A DNA stretch of 64,000 nt, from NCBI GenBank assembly GCA_963743525.1, contig CAVUQH010000003.1, positions 448,001-512,000 on the forward strand. The letters run 5' to 3'. Numbering within the stretch: position 1 is the first letter of the stretch; each line of letters begins with the position of its first letter. The position numbers and the translations under genes are program-made. The DNA comes from an uncultured delta proteobacterium. GTDB taxonomy: Bacteria > Myxococcota_A > Polyangia > Haliangiales > Haliangiaceae. Of this stretch, positions 1-8,771 are shown one piece after another. The notes beneath the pieces are model-generated. The model saw only the letters and a program-made list of their open reading frames with translations. It did no database searches and was not told the DNA's origin.

Positions 1-1
1 G

Positions 2-964
2 TTCGACTGCGCCTTCCGCTCGGCCAAGGGCGAGCGCTCGATCCACTACATGGGCCACATCCGGATGATGTCCGCGGCCCAGCCGTTCCTGTCGGGCGCG
101 ATCTCCAAGACCGTGAACCTGCCGACCGACTGCACCGTCGAGGATATCGAGGACGCGTACATCGAGGCGTGGAAGCTGGGGCTCAAGGCGATCGCCGTTT
201 ACCGCGACGGTTGCAAGCGCACCCAGCCGCTGTCCACCTCGGAAGCGGGCGCCACGTCCGATGGCAAGCTCGCCATCGACGCGCTGGCCAGCCTCAGCAC
301 CGAGGAGCGCCGGCTGGTCGAGGAGCTGCGCACGCGCAAGCAGCGCCGCGGCGCCGGCGCCCCGGCGGCGGTCCGCTTCAAGCTGCCGTCGGAGCGGGTC
401 TCGATCACCCACAAGTTCTCGATCGGCGGGCACGAGGGTTACATCACCGTCGGCCTGTACGAGGACGGAACCCCGGGCGAGATCTTCGTGCGCATGGCCA
501 AGGAAGGCTCGGCCATCGCCGGTCTGATGGACAGCTTCGCCACCGCGATCTCGCTGGCGCTGCAGCACGGCGTGCCCATGGCGGTCCTCGCCGAGAAGTT
601 CAAGGGCACCCGCTTCGAGCCGAGCGGCTTCACCGGCAACCAGGAGATCCCGATCGCCACCTCGATCATGGATTACCTGTTCCGCTGGCTGAGCGGAAAG
701 TTCCTCGAGGGCGAGACGCACCCGGCCGCCGCGATCAAGCCGGCCACCGGCCAGCTCGACCTGCCCAAGGTGCCGCTGATGGCCGCGGATCCGCTGGCCG
801 GCGGCGAGGCCAAGGGCATCGTCGTGGAGCAGCGGGTCGAGTCCAAGGCCTCCTGGGTCCACGAGACCGACGCGCCCCCCTGCCACGAATGCGGCACCCT
901 GATGGTACGCAACGGTGCGTGCCACAAGTGCCCGAACTGTGGCTCTACCTCGGGTTGCAGCTGA
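2..964 (+). CDS. nrdJ: Class II adenosylcobalamin-dependent ribonucleotide reductase, C-terminal part (5' end outside window)
   Basis: Frame is open from base 2 (FDCAF...). Motifs QPFLSGAISKTVN and YRDGCK, TSCPD-like domain (THKFSIGGHEGYITVG...PGEIF), and C-terminal Zn ribbon CHECG...CHKCPNCGSTSGCS. Confidence 0.95.
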   Translation, partial: FDCAFRSAKGERSIHYMGHIRMMSAAQPFLSGAISKTVNLPTDCTVEDIEDAYIEAWKLGLKAIAVYRDGCKRTQPLSTSEAGATSDGKLAIDALASLSTEERRLVEELRTRKQRRGAGAPAAVRFKLPSERVSITHKFSIGGHEGYITVGLYEDGTPGEIFVRMAKEGSAIAGLMDSFATAISLALQHGVPMAVLAEKFKGTRFEPSGFTGNQEIPIATSIMDYLFRWLSGKFLEGETHPAAAIKPATGQLDLPKVPLMAADPLAGGEAKGIVVEQRVESKASWVHETDAPPCHECGTLMVRNGACHKCPNCGSTSGCS

Positions 965-1052
965 TCGGCGTTCGCTAACCACCACCGGGCCGGCCGATGC
1001 CGTTCAGAATGCTGACTTGACCGGCATCGGCCCGCTCGCGGACACTCAGAAC

Positions 1053-1409
1053 GTGGGTTCGGAACGACGCCGCTGGCGGAGACTTCGCACGGAGCTTCGG
1101 CTCAAGCTGGAGGTCACCGTCGGTGAGCAGACCGGTCGGATTCTCGGCGCCATTGGCAGCCATCTGAATCCGACCGGTATCTTCGTGCAGCTGGCCGACC
1201 CGCCGCCGCTCGGCTCCAAGGTCAAGGTCACCCTGGCCGCCGAGGGCACCGACGGCGTGCTCACCGCCGAGGGCGAGGTGGTCAACCGCGTGGTCCTCGA
1301 CGAGGGCAACGAGCGCCCGCCCGGCATCGGCATCCGCCTGCGGCAGACCGGCCCCGGCTGGACCAAGCTGTACAACTGGCTGATCGAAGACGCCGACTCA
1401 GAGGAGTAG
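1053..1409 (+). CDS. Stand-alone PilZ-like domain protein
   Basis: ERRRWRR (RxxxR), degenerate second motif HLNPTGIFV, then GEVV and PPGIGIRL. GTG start at 1053 is an estimate. Confidence 0.65.
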   Translation: MGSERRRWRRLRTELRLKLEVTVGEQTGRILGAIGSHLNPTGIFVQLADPPPLGSKVKVTLAAEGTDGVLTAEGEVVNRVVLDEGNERPPGIGIRLRQTGPGWTKLYNWLIEDADSEE

Positions 1410-1474
1410 TTTCGCGGCGATCGGCGTTCGCGGTTGACACGCGCGCCTCGCGGCGCGATGAACGTCCGCGTAGC

Positions 1475-1660
1475 AGGAGGCACGAGACGACGAGCGACTG
1501 ACGAACAGCGCATTGCGGTGAACGGGAAGACCGGTGAGAGACCGGCGCAGCCCCCGCTACTGTGACTGGTGACGAGCGCAGCACGAAGCCACTGAGTGAA
1601 CGACTCGGGAAGGCGCCGCGCGAGGATGATCCAGCAGCCAGGAGACCGGCCGTGATGCGA
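1475..1660 (+). ncRNA. Cobalamin (AdoCbl-type) riboswitch
   Basis: Hallmark blocks AACGGGAA-GACCGGTG...ACCGG-GCAGCCCCCGCTACTGTGA, GCCACTG...GGGAAGGC and the B12 box AGCCAGGAGACCGGCC, directly upstream of a TonB-dependent receptor. Ends are approximate. Confidence 0.92.
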
Positions 1661-1742
1661 GTGACGTCCTCCGGGGAGGAGGCAACGGCTCGGTCGCACT
1701 GCCGCGCGCCGAACGTATCGCCCCGGATTTGGATCCGACGCG

Positions 1743-3902
1743 ATGCGAGGCACGCACCTCATAGCCCTCTCCCTTGGCGCGCTCATCGGCGCGGCTCATC
1801 CGGCATACGCCGGTGGAGATGACGACGCTGGCGACGGCGCCATCGTGGTGGCGCCGATCGACGTGCATGGCAAGAAGCCGGCCGACGGCGGGCCCGGCGC
1901 GCTGGTCACCGGCGATGCCGCGCACTCCGACGCCGCGCGCGCCACCGACAATCCCGCGTTCGCCACTGTCGTCCATCTCGACGACCGCACCGGCGAGACC
2001 ACCTCGGTGGCCGAGGTGCTGGCGCGCACCGCCGGTGTCAACGTGCGCTCGCTGGGCGGGCTCGGCGGCTACTCGTCGATCTCGGTCCGCGGCCACGCCT
2101 CCGGGCACACGGCGGTGTTCGTCAACGGTGTGCCGCTGTCGCGGGTGGCCTCGGTCAGCGCGGATCTGGGGCGCTTCAATCTGGGGTCGTTCTCGTCGCT
2201 CGAGCTCTACCGCGGCGGCGTGCCGGTGTCGCTCGGCGGTGCTGCGCTGGGCGGCGCGCTGGTGCTGCACACCGGGGTCGGTCCGGCGGCCGACACTGTG
2301 CGCGTGTCGATGGGCGCGGGCTCGTTCGGCGCCCGCCACCTGCGCGCGCGCTGGCTGGGTGGCCGCGCCGACGGCAGCCTCGGCTACCACCTGTCGGCCG
2401 GCTACACCGGCGCCACCGGCGACTTCGTCTACTTCGACGACAACGGCACCAACCTCAACCCGTCCGACGACGAGATGGTCCACCGGTCGAACAACGGCTA
2501 CGACCGGTTCGACGCCGTCGCCCGGGTGCGCGCGGTCCGTGGCGCGACCACCATCGAGGGCGGGACCCGCACCCTGGTCGAGCGCCAGGGCGTGCCGGGC
2601 AGCGCCACGGTGCAGTCGCTCGATGCGTCGCTCGACACCGTTGGCCAGCTGGCCGACGTCACCGTGCGGCGCCGGCGGCTGATGGGCAGCGACGACGCCA
2701 GCGGCGAGCTGTCGGCCTGGGCGTCGTTCGAGCGTCAGCGCTACCGCGATCTGGCCAACGAGGTCGGCGTCGGCATCCAGGACCGCCGCTACCGGTCGAT
2801 CAGCGCCGGCGCCCGAGCGAGCGCGACCATCGCCCGCGGCGACCACCTGATCCGCGCCGGCGTCAACACCGCGGCCGATTACTACGACGATCGCGATCTG
2901 CTCGACGGCGGCCGCCCGCGGACCCACGGCGGTCAACTGCGCGCCGGTGCGTCGCTGGCCGACGAGTGGCTGCTCGGCGCCGGCGAGCGGGTCGTGCTGC
3001 AGCCGGCGCTGCGCCTGGACGCGATGGTCACCGAGCCGATCGATGAGGCGTCGATGTCGATCACCGGTCCCGCCGATCTGTCGCCGCGCAGCGAGCTGTT
3101 TCCCAGCCCGCGTCTGGCCGCCCGCGTGCGCGTCGCCGACGACCTGGCGATCAAGGGCAGCGCCGGCTGGTACTACCGCGCGCCCACGCTGCTCGAGATC
3201 TTCGGCGACCGCGGCTTCACCGTCGGCAACCCGGCCATCGACTCCGAGACCGGCACCAGCGCCGACGTCGGCGCCGTGTTCGCGCCGCTGGCAGCGGTCG
3301 GCGGGGGCATCGATCGGCTGTACGTCGAGACCGCCGGCTTCGGCTCGCTGACCCGCGACACCATCGTCCAGGTGCCGACCGCCGGCCTGGCGACGGTGGC
3401 GATGAACCTGGGCGACGCGCTGATCTGGGGCGGCGAGCTGACCGCGTCGGCGCGGGCCGCGCGCACCGCGACCATCACCGCCAGCTATACCTATACCGAC
3501 TCGCGCCAGCGCAACACGCTGCCCAGCTATCAGGGCAAGCGGCTGCCGCAGCGGCCGCGCCACATGTTCGACGCGCGCGTCAACGTCGCCCGCCGCTGGT
3601 GGAACCGACTGGCGGTGCTGTGGGTCAACGGCACGCTGGCGTCGGGCAACTACCTCGACGCCGCCAACCTGCGCTCGGTGCCGGCGCGGGCGCTCTTCGG
3701 CGCCGGCGTCAAGCTCGAACCGGTGCCCGGGCTGCTGGTCGGCGTCGAGGTCAAGAACCTCACCGACCAGCGGGTCGAGGACGTGCGGCTCGATCCGGCG
3801 CCGCGCCCCGACCTGACCCGCGCGCCCCGCGCCATCTCCGATTTCTTCGGCTACCCGCTCCCCGGCCGCGCCGTGTACGTGACCGCCGAGTGGAGCCGCT
3901 AG
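1743..3902 (+). CDS. btuB: TonB-dependent receptor, probable cobalamin transporter
   Basis: Signal peptide, plug motifs (ISVRG, VFVNGVPL, LELYRGG), barrel motifs YRAPTLLEIF, VKNLTD and GYPLPGRAVY. Preceded by the B12 riboswitch. Confidence 0.85.
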   Translation: MRGTHLIALSLGALIGAAHPAYAGGDDDAGDGAIVVAPIDVHGKKPADGGPGALVTGDAAHSDAARATDNPAFATVVHLDDRTGETTSVAEVLARTAGVNVRSLGGLGGYSSISVRGHASGHTAVFVNGVPLSRVASVSADLGRFNLGSFSSLELYRGGVPVSLGGAALGGALVLHTGVGPAADTVRVSMGAGSFGARHLRARWLGGRADGSLGYHLSAGYTGATGDFVYFDDNGTNLNPSDDEMVHRSNNGYDRFDAVARVRAVRGATTIEGGTRTLVERQGVPGSATVQSLDASLDTVGQLADVTVRRRRLMGSDDASGELSAWASFERQRYRDLANEVGVGIQDRRYRSISAGARASATIARGDHLIRAGVNTAADYYDDRDLLDGGRPRTHGGQLRAGASLADEWLLGAGERVVLQPALRLDAMVTEPIDEASMSITGPADLSPRSELFPSPRLAARVRVADDLAIKGSAGWYYRAPTLLEIFGDRGFTVGNPAIDSETGTSADVGAVFAPLAAVGGGIDRLYVETAGFGSLTRDTIVQVPTAGLATVAMNLGDALIWGGELTASARAARTATITASYTYTDSRQRNTLPSYQGKRLPQRPRHMFDARVNVARRWWNRLAVLWVNGTLASGNYLDAANLRSVPARALFGAGVKLEPVPGLLVGVEVKNLTDQRVEDVRLDPAPRPDLTRAPRAISDFFGYPLPGRAVYVTAEWSR

Positions 3903-3928
3903 AACGAACCCACCCGAAAGGACCGATC

Positions 3929-5033
3929 GTGAAGCTGTCCATCGTCGCCGTTCTCGCCGCCTGCCTGGCCGCCGCCTGCACCAACTCGCAAGTGGTCAAC
4001 GACCAGCCGCCCGACGGCGAGGCCACCATCTTCGCCGTGTCAACCGACTACACGTCAACCGGCCTGGCCAGCACCATCACCGTGCCCGACCTGGCGGTGA
4101 CGCAGAACGCGGTCAACGGCGTGGCGTCGACCGACCCGGTGGTGCGGCACCTGGGCGACCGGCTGTTCGTGGTCAACCGCCTCGGTGCCGACAACGTCAC
4201 CGTGCTCGACCCGGTGACGCTGCAGCTGGTCGCGCAGATCTCGACCGGCGCCGGCTCCAACCCGCAAGACGTGGCGGCGGTCGGCGACACCCTGTTCGTG
4301 CCCACCTTCGCCGGCACCGGCGTCGTCGTCCTCGACCTGGCGCACCCCGATGACGGCGTCGTCAACACCGTCGATCTGTCGTCGCTCGACTCCGACGGCA
4401 TACCCAACTGCAGCGCGGCTGCGGCCGTCGGCGGCAAGGTGTTCGTCTCCTGCGGGCTGCTCGACGACAACGGCGACCTGTCGGCGCAGGGGCCCGGGCG
4501 CATCGCGGTGATCGACGCCACCAGCCACGCGTTGATCACCGACTTTGCGCTGAACAACGACAACCCGATCGGGCCGTTCGTCGCCCTGCCCGAGCTGGGC
4601 GGCGACCTGATCATCGACACGGTTCCCGACTACGCCGACCTGAGCCAGGGCTGCGTCGAGCGGATCGCCACCGCCAGCCCGGCGGCGTCCGGCTGCTTCA
4701 TCGACCACAGCGACCTCGGCGGCCTCGCCACCGGTATGGCCGACGGCGGCGGCAGCCTGTGGATCGCCATCACCGAGGGGTGGGACGATCAGGACTACCA
4801 GCCGCTGGGCAAGGTGCAGTCGTTCGACCTGGGCACCATGACCCTGGCCAGCGCGCCGATCACCGCCGACGGCGAGCGCGCCTTCGACCTCGCTCGCTGC
4901 CCCACCGGGCACCTGGCGGTGGCGGACGCCGCCGGGGGCATCCGCATCTACGATGCCGACGGCGTCGAGGTGACCACCGCGCCCCTCGACATCGGCCTGC
5001 CGCCCATCGGCGGCGGCCTGACCTGCTACTTGA
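3929..5033 (+). CDS. Beta-propeller (YncE/BtuG-like) lipoprotein; stop codon masked by a probable 1-nt insertion
   Basis: GTG after AAAGGA, lipobox LAAAC, repeats such as [16 protein letters not shown] and GSNPQDVA. Removing one T at 5030-5031 gives TGC TAC TGA. Confidence 0.7.
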
Positions 5034-5798
5034 TCCGCGGGTTTCGCCGGCGCGCGCCGGCTGGCGGCCAGACAGTAGACCTCGGCGGTAACTTCGAGGG
5101 TCTGCTTGTCGCTGGTGTTGCGGTAGTCGCAGCGCCAGCCGCCGGCCTGGCGCGGGGTCTGGATGCCGAACGGCGTGGCGTTGATCAGCTGGCCCAGCCA
5201 CATCGGATCGGCCTGGCAGCCGCCGGTCAGCACCAGGTCGGTCGAACCGATCGCAGGTGGCGACGGCCGAGGCGACCAGGCCCGGCCCGACCGACACCCG
5301 GTTTTCGCGGCGGACCAGGTCCTCCTTGCGCGAATACGGGCCGCCGGGACCCTGGGGACCGACCGGGCCCTGGGCGCCTTGCGGACCCTGGACTCCCTGC
5401 GGACCCTGGTAGCCCTGGATTCCCTGCTCGCCTTTGGGCCCCAGCGGACCGGGCGGACCGGGCGGACCGGGCGGGCCTTCCGGTCCCTGTTGGCCGATCG
5501 GCCCGGGCTCGCCCTGCGGCCCCGGATCGCCCTGCGGCCCGCGCGGTCCCAGCGGTCCGATCGGCCCGGCGATGCCGGCGTCGGGCCCCAGCTGGGCCAG
5601 GGTCTGCGACACCGCCTGAACGTCGATCTTGCCCCGCGCCTCGACCTCGGCCAGCCGCTTCTCCAGGTCGGCGACCCTGGCCTGCAGCTCGGGCACCCCG
5701 GAGTCGTCCGGTGGCTTGCTGCCCGGCCGGTTGCACGCGGCCAACGCCGCCGCCCCGGCCAGTCCCAGCATCCACGCGCGTGTCCGACCCAGCCTCAT
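5027..5798 (-). CDS. Collagen-like lipoprotein (lipobox, coiled coil, Gly-X-Y repeats, Cys-containing C-terminal domain); probable 1-nt insertions at ~5245 and ~5030
   Basis: LAAC lipobox and [16 protein letters not shown] coil. Removing one A at 5245-5246 joins ...ATCDR to [10 protein letters not shown]...WRC...AEVYC; removing one T at 5030 gives ...ADQ-stop. Confidence 0.75.
5334..5576 (-). repeat. Collagen triple-helix repeat, about 27 uninterrupted Gly-X-Y triplets
   Basis: [18 protein letters not shown] ... GPG GPY in the translation. Confidence 0.9.
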
Positions 5799-6031
5799 CG
5801 GCTGCGTCAGTGTAGCCCGGACTATTCACGAGAGGCGCACGCCCTCGCCAAGTCCTTGCTCCCACCGCGCGATTTTCGCCCTGGCAAATACAACCAGTAT
5901 TCGCTGCGGTCGAGAAATCACGCTGTGAAAGCAAATCCTTCGCCGAGCCTCGCGCGCCCCGCAAATAGTCCGGGCTCGCCCGGTTTGCCGTTTTTTTGCC
6001 CGCGCGGGCCCCCGGGCGTACCACTGACGCC

Positions 6032-6847
6032 ATGATCGAGCTTCGCGGCGTCCATCTCGAGCGAGCCGACGGAGCCGGCGGGCGCGCCGTTCTCGACGGC
6101 GTCAACCTCGAGGTCGGCGACGGCGAGGTCGTCGTCATCACCGGGCCCACCGGCAGCGGCAAGAGCACGCTTCTGTCTCTGTTGTACGGCGCCGCGGTGG
6201 CCGCGGCCGGACAGGTGCGCCTGTTCGGCCACGACGTGCGCCGCCTGCGCCGCTCGTCGATCGCGCTGCTGCGCCGCCGCGTCGGCGTGGTGCCGCAGGA
6301 CCTGCGCCTGCTTCCCGATCGCAGCGCCGTCGCCAACGTCGCCCTCGCCCTCGAGGTGCGCGGCGAGCGCCCGCGTGCCGCCCGCCTGCGCGCGGCCGAG
6401 ATGCTGTCCAGGGTCGGTCTGGCCGATGCCGTCGACCGCCCGGTCGAGCTGCTGTCGCAGGGCGAGGCCCAGCGCGTGGCCCTGGCCCGCGCCGCCGTCG
6501 GCGAGCCGGCGCTGCTGTTGCTCGACGAGCCGACCGCGCACCAGGACGACGCCGGCCGCGAGCTGGTGGTCGAGCTCTTGTCCCGCGGCCACGGCATCGC
6601 CGTCAGCACCGATCCGGAGCTGCTCGCCGCCGCGCGCATGCGCGCCTGGCGGGTGCTCGAGCTGGCCGCCGGCAAGCTGGTCTCCCTCGATCCTGCGCCG
6701 ATGCAGCTGCCGCTGACCAGCGAAGACGCCGCCGCCATCGCCGGCGAGCTCGACGCGGGGCCGGACCTCGACGAGGTCGAAATCACGATCGTGGACGACC
6801 AGAGCGAGGCCGAGATCGTGCCGTTCCCCCGCCGCTCCGTGCTGTGA
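6032..6847 (+). CDS. ftsE: Cell division ABC ATPase FtsE-like, with acidic C-terminal extension
   Basis: Walker A GPTGSGKST, LRRRVGVVPQDLRLL, signature LSQGE, Walker B LLLLDEPT. Lies upstream of ftsX. Confidence 0.8.
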   Translation: MIELRGVHLERADGAGGRAVLDGVNLEVGDGEVVVITGPTGSGKSTLLSLLYGAAVAAAGQVRLFGHDVRRLRRSSIALLRRRVGVVPQDLRLLPDRSAVANVALALEVRGERPRAARLRAAEMLSRVGLADAVDRPVELLSQGEAQRVALARAAVGEPALLLLDEPTAHQDDAGRELVVELLSRGHGIAVSTDPELLAAARMRAWRVLELAAGKLVSLDPAPMQLPLTSEDAAAIAGELDAGPDLDEVEITIVDDQSEAEIVPFPRRSVL

Positions 6848-6858
6848 AGGAGTCCGTG

Positions 6859-7050
6859 ATGAAGCCCAACAAGACCTATCGCCGGATCACCCGTCGCCGC
6901 CTGGAAGCCGCCCTGCAGGTGCGCGTCCGCGGCGCTCGCCCGCGCATGGCTCCGCTGCTGGAAGCCGTGCCGCCCGAGGTGATCGATCTCGAGACGGCTC
7001 CGTTCCAGGCTCGTTTTCCCGAGCTGGCCGCCCGCATCCGCCGAGGCTGA
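6859..7050 (+). CDS. Small basic hypothetical protein (63 aa) between ftsE and ftsX
   Basis: AAGGAG SD overlaps the ftsE stop, codons are GC3-rich, and its TGA abuts the ftsX ATG at 7051. Confidence 0.6.
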   Translation: MKPNKTYRRITRRRLEAALQVRVRGARPRMAPLLEAVPPEVIDLETAPFQARFPELAARIRRG

Positions 7051-7950
7051 ATGCGCGGCATCGCCTACGCCACCTGGCGGGCCGCCGGCGCCATGGCGCG
7101 GCGGCCCCGTTCGGCCGCCATGGCCGTCGGTGCCATCGCCGTGGGGCTGGTGCTCCTCGGCGGCGTGCGCCTGGCCGGTGACAACGTCAACGGCGCGACC
7201 GCCGGCTGGAGCCACGGCGTGCAGATGGTCGTCTACCTGCAAGACGGCACCAGCGCCGAGCGGGCCAAGCAGATCCAGGGCGCTCTCGAGCAGCTGCCCG
7301 GCATCGCCGCCACTCACTACGTACCCGCCGACGCTGCGCTCGGTCGCCTGCGCGAGTCGCTGGGCGAGCACGACGAGCTGGCCGCCGACCTCGGTGCCGA
7401 CATGCTGCCGTCGTCGATCGAGGTCAGCCTGGCCGACGGCGTGCGCGAGGTCGCGTCGGCGGCGCCGATCGTCGACCGCCTGCAAGCGGTGCGCGGCGTC
7501 GACGAGGTCGAGCTGTTGGGCCCCTGGGTCGAGCGCGCCAACGGCCTCGCCGCCGGGCTGCAACACGCCAGCTGGCTGCTGCTGATCATGGTCGGCATGG
7601 CCTGCGCGTACATCGTGTCGACGACCCTGCGCCTGTCGATGTCCCGCCGCCGCGCCGAGGTCGACACCCTCGAGCTGCTCGGTGCCACGCCCGGCTTCGT
7701 CCGCACGCCGCTGGTGGTCGAGGGGATGCTGCACGGCGCCGCCGCCGGCGTGGTCGCGCTGGGCATCCTGTGGATCATCTACCGCGTCACCCACGAGGCG
7801 GCCGCCCACGCGCTGGCCAACGCCTTCGGCGGCGGCACGGTCAGCTTCCTGCCGCCGGGCGAGCTGGCGCTACTGGTCGCGGTCGGCGCCTTCTTCGGTC
7901 TGGCCGGCAGCATCGCGGCCACGGGGAGACGTGCGCTGGCGCGGGCGTGA
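7051..7950 (+). CDS. ftsX: Cell division permease FtsX
   Basis: TM1, periplasmic domain (MVVYL...LPSSIEV), then three TMs with TLRL...RRAEV...LLGATPGFVRTPLVVEG. Confidence 0.9.
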   Translation: MRGIAYATWRAAGAMARRPRSAAMAVGAIAVGLVLLGGVRLAGDNVNGATAGWSHGVQMVVYLQDGTSAERAKQIQGALEQLPGIAATHYVPADAALGRLRESLGEHDELAADLGADMLPSSIEVSLADGVREVASAAPIVDRLQAVRGVDEVELLGPWVERANGLAAGLQHASWLLLIMVGMACAYIVSTTLRLSMSRRRAEVDTLELLGATPGFVRTPLVVEGMLHGAAAGVVALGILWIIYRVTHEAAAHALANAFGGGTVSFLPPGELALLVAVGAFFGLAGSIAATGRRALARA

Positions 7951-8752
7951 GCTGGCGGCCGCTGCGCTGCTGGCGTCGCTGCTGGGTGCCTCGGCGCTCG
8001 GCGGCACGCCGTCTGTCGATCCGCCCACCGGCGCGCCGGTCGGCGACGCCATCGGCCAGTCGATCGACGCGCGCCTGGACGCCGTCGCCCGCACCGAGGT
8101 GATGATCGAGCGCAAGCTGACCGAGCGCCGCGCGCAGGTGCGCTCGCGCGTGCGCGCACTGTACAAGCTGGCCCGCGCCGGCGACGCCCCGCTGTGGCTC
8201 GACCCGGCGCAGCGCGGCACTCGCGTCCGCTGGCGCGGCGCCGCCCGGCGCATCCTCGGCCGCGATCTGTACGAGCTGTCGCTCCTGCGCGAGGAGATGG
8301 ACGTCGCCGCCCGCGCCCGCGTCCGCCTGGAAACCGAGCGCGCGCACATGGCCGCTGCGCGCCAGCCGCGTCCCGGCTCGCTGGCCCGCCCGGTGCCCGG
8401 CGCCGTGGTCGCCGCCTTTGGCCCCTATCGCCACCGCGCCTCGGGCGCGACGCTGTCCCGCCGCGGTGTGCTGCTGGCCAGCCGCCGCGGCGAGGATGTG
8501 CGCGCCGTCGCCGATGGCCAGGTGGTCTACGCCGGTCCGCTGCGCGGTCTCGGCCAGTCAGTCGTGATCGAGCACCACGGCGTCACCTCGGTCCTGGCCC
8601 GCCTGGACCAGGTCGCGGTCAGCGCCGGGGACACCGTCGGCCGCGGCGACGTCGTCGCCCACGCCGCCGGCAAGCGCGTACAGCTCGAAATTCGCGTGGA
8701 TCTCGGCGTCGGTGGCGAGCCGATCGACCCCGCTCCCCTGCTCGCCCGTTAG
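7931..8752 (+). CDS. EnvC-like murein hydrolase activator (coiled coil plus degenerate M23 domain)
   Basis: GTG after GGGGAG, signal peptide, VRAVADGQVVYAG...GLGQSVVIEH and PIDP. Zn ligands HxxxD and HxH are absent. Follows ftsX. Confidence 0.8.
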   Translation: MRWRGRELAAAALLASLLGASALGGTPSVDPPTGAPVGDAIGQSIDARLDAVARTEVMIERKLTERRAQVRSRVRALYKLARAGDAPLWLDPAQRGTRVRWRGAARRILGRDLYELSLLREEMDVAARARVRLETERAHMAAARQPRPGSLARPVPGAVVAAFGPYRHRASGATLSRRGVLLASRRGEDVRAVADGQVVYAGPLRGLGQSVVIEHHGVTSVLARLDQVAVSAGDTVGRGDVVAHAAGKRVQLEIRVDLGVGGEPIDPAPLLAR

Positions 8753-8771
8753 CCCGGTATACTGCTCCGAC

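Noticed and set aside
1434..1462. TTGACA -35 element upstream of the riboswitch
   Set aside because: No convincing -10 at 16-18 nt, and GTTGAC could itself be a miscalled GTCGAC.
3599..5815. 738-aa ORF read as one protein
   Set aside because: The N-terminal part overlaps btuB and the C-terminal part is antisense to the collagen gene. Only 3929..~5033 looks coding.
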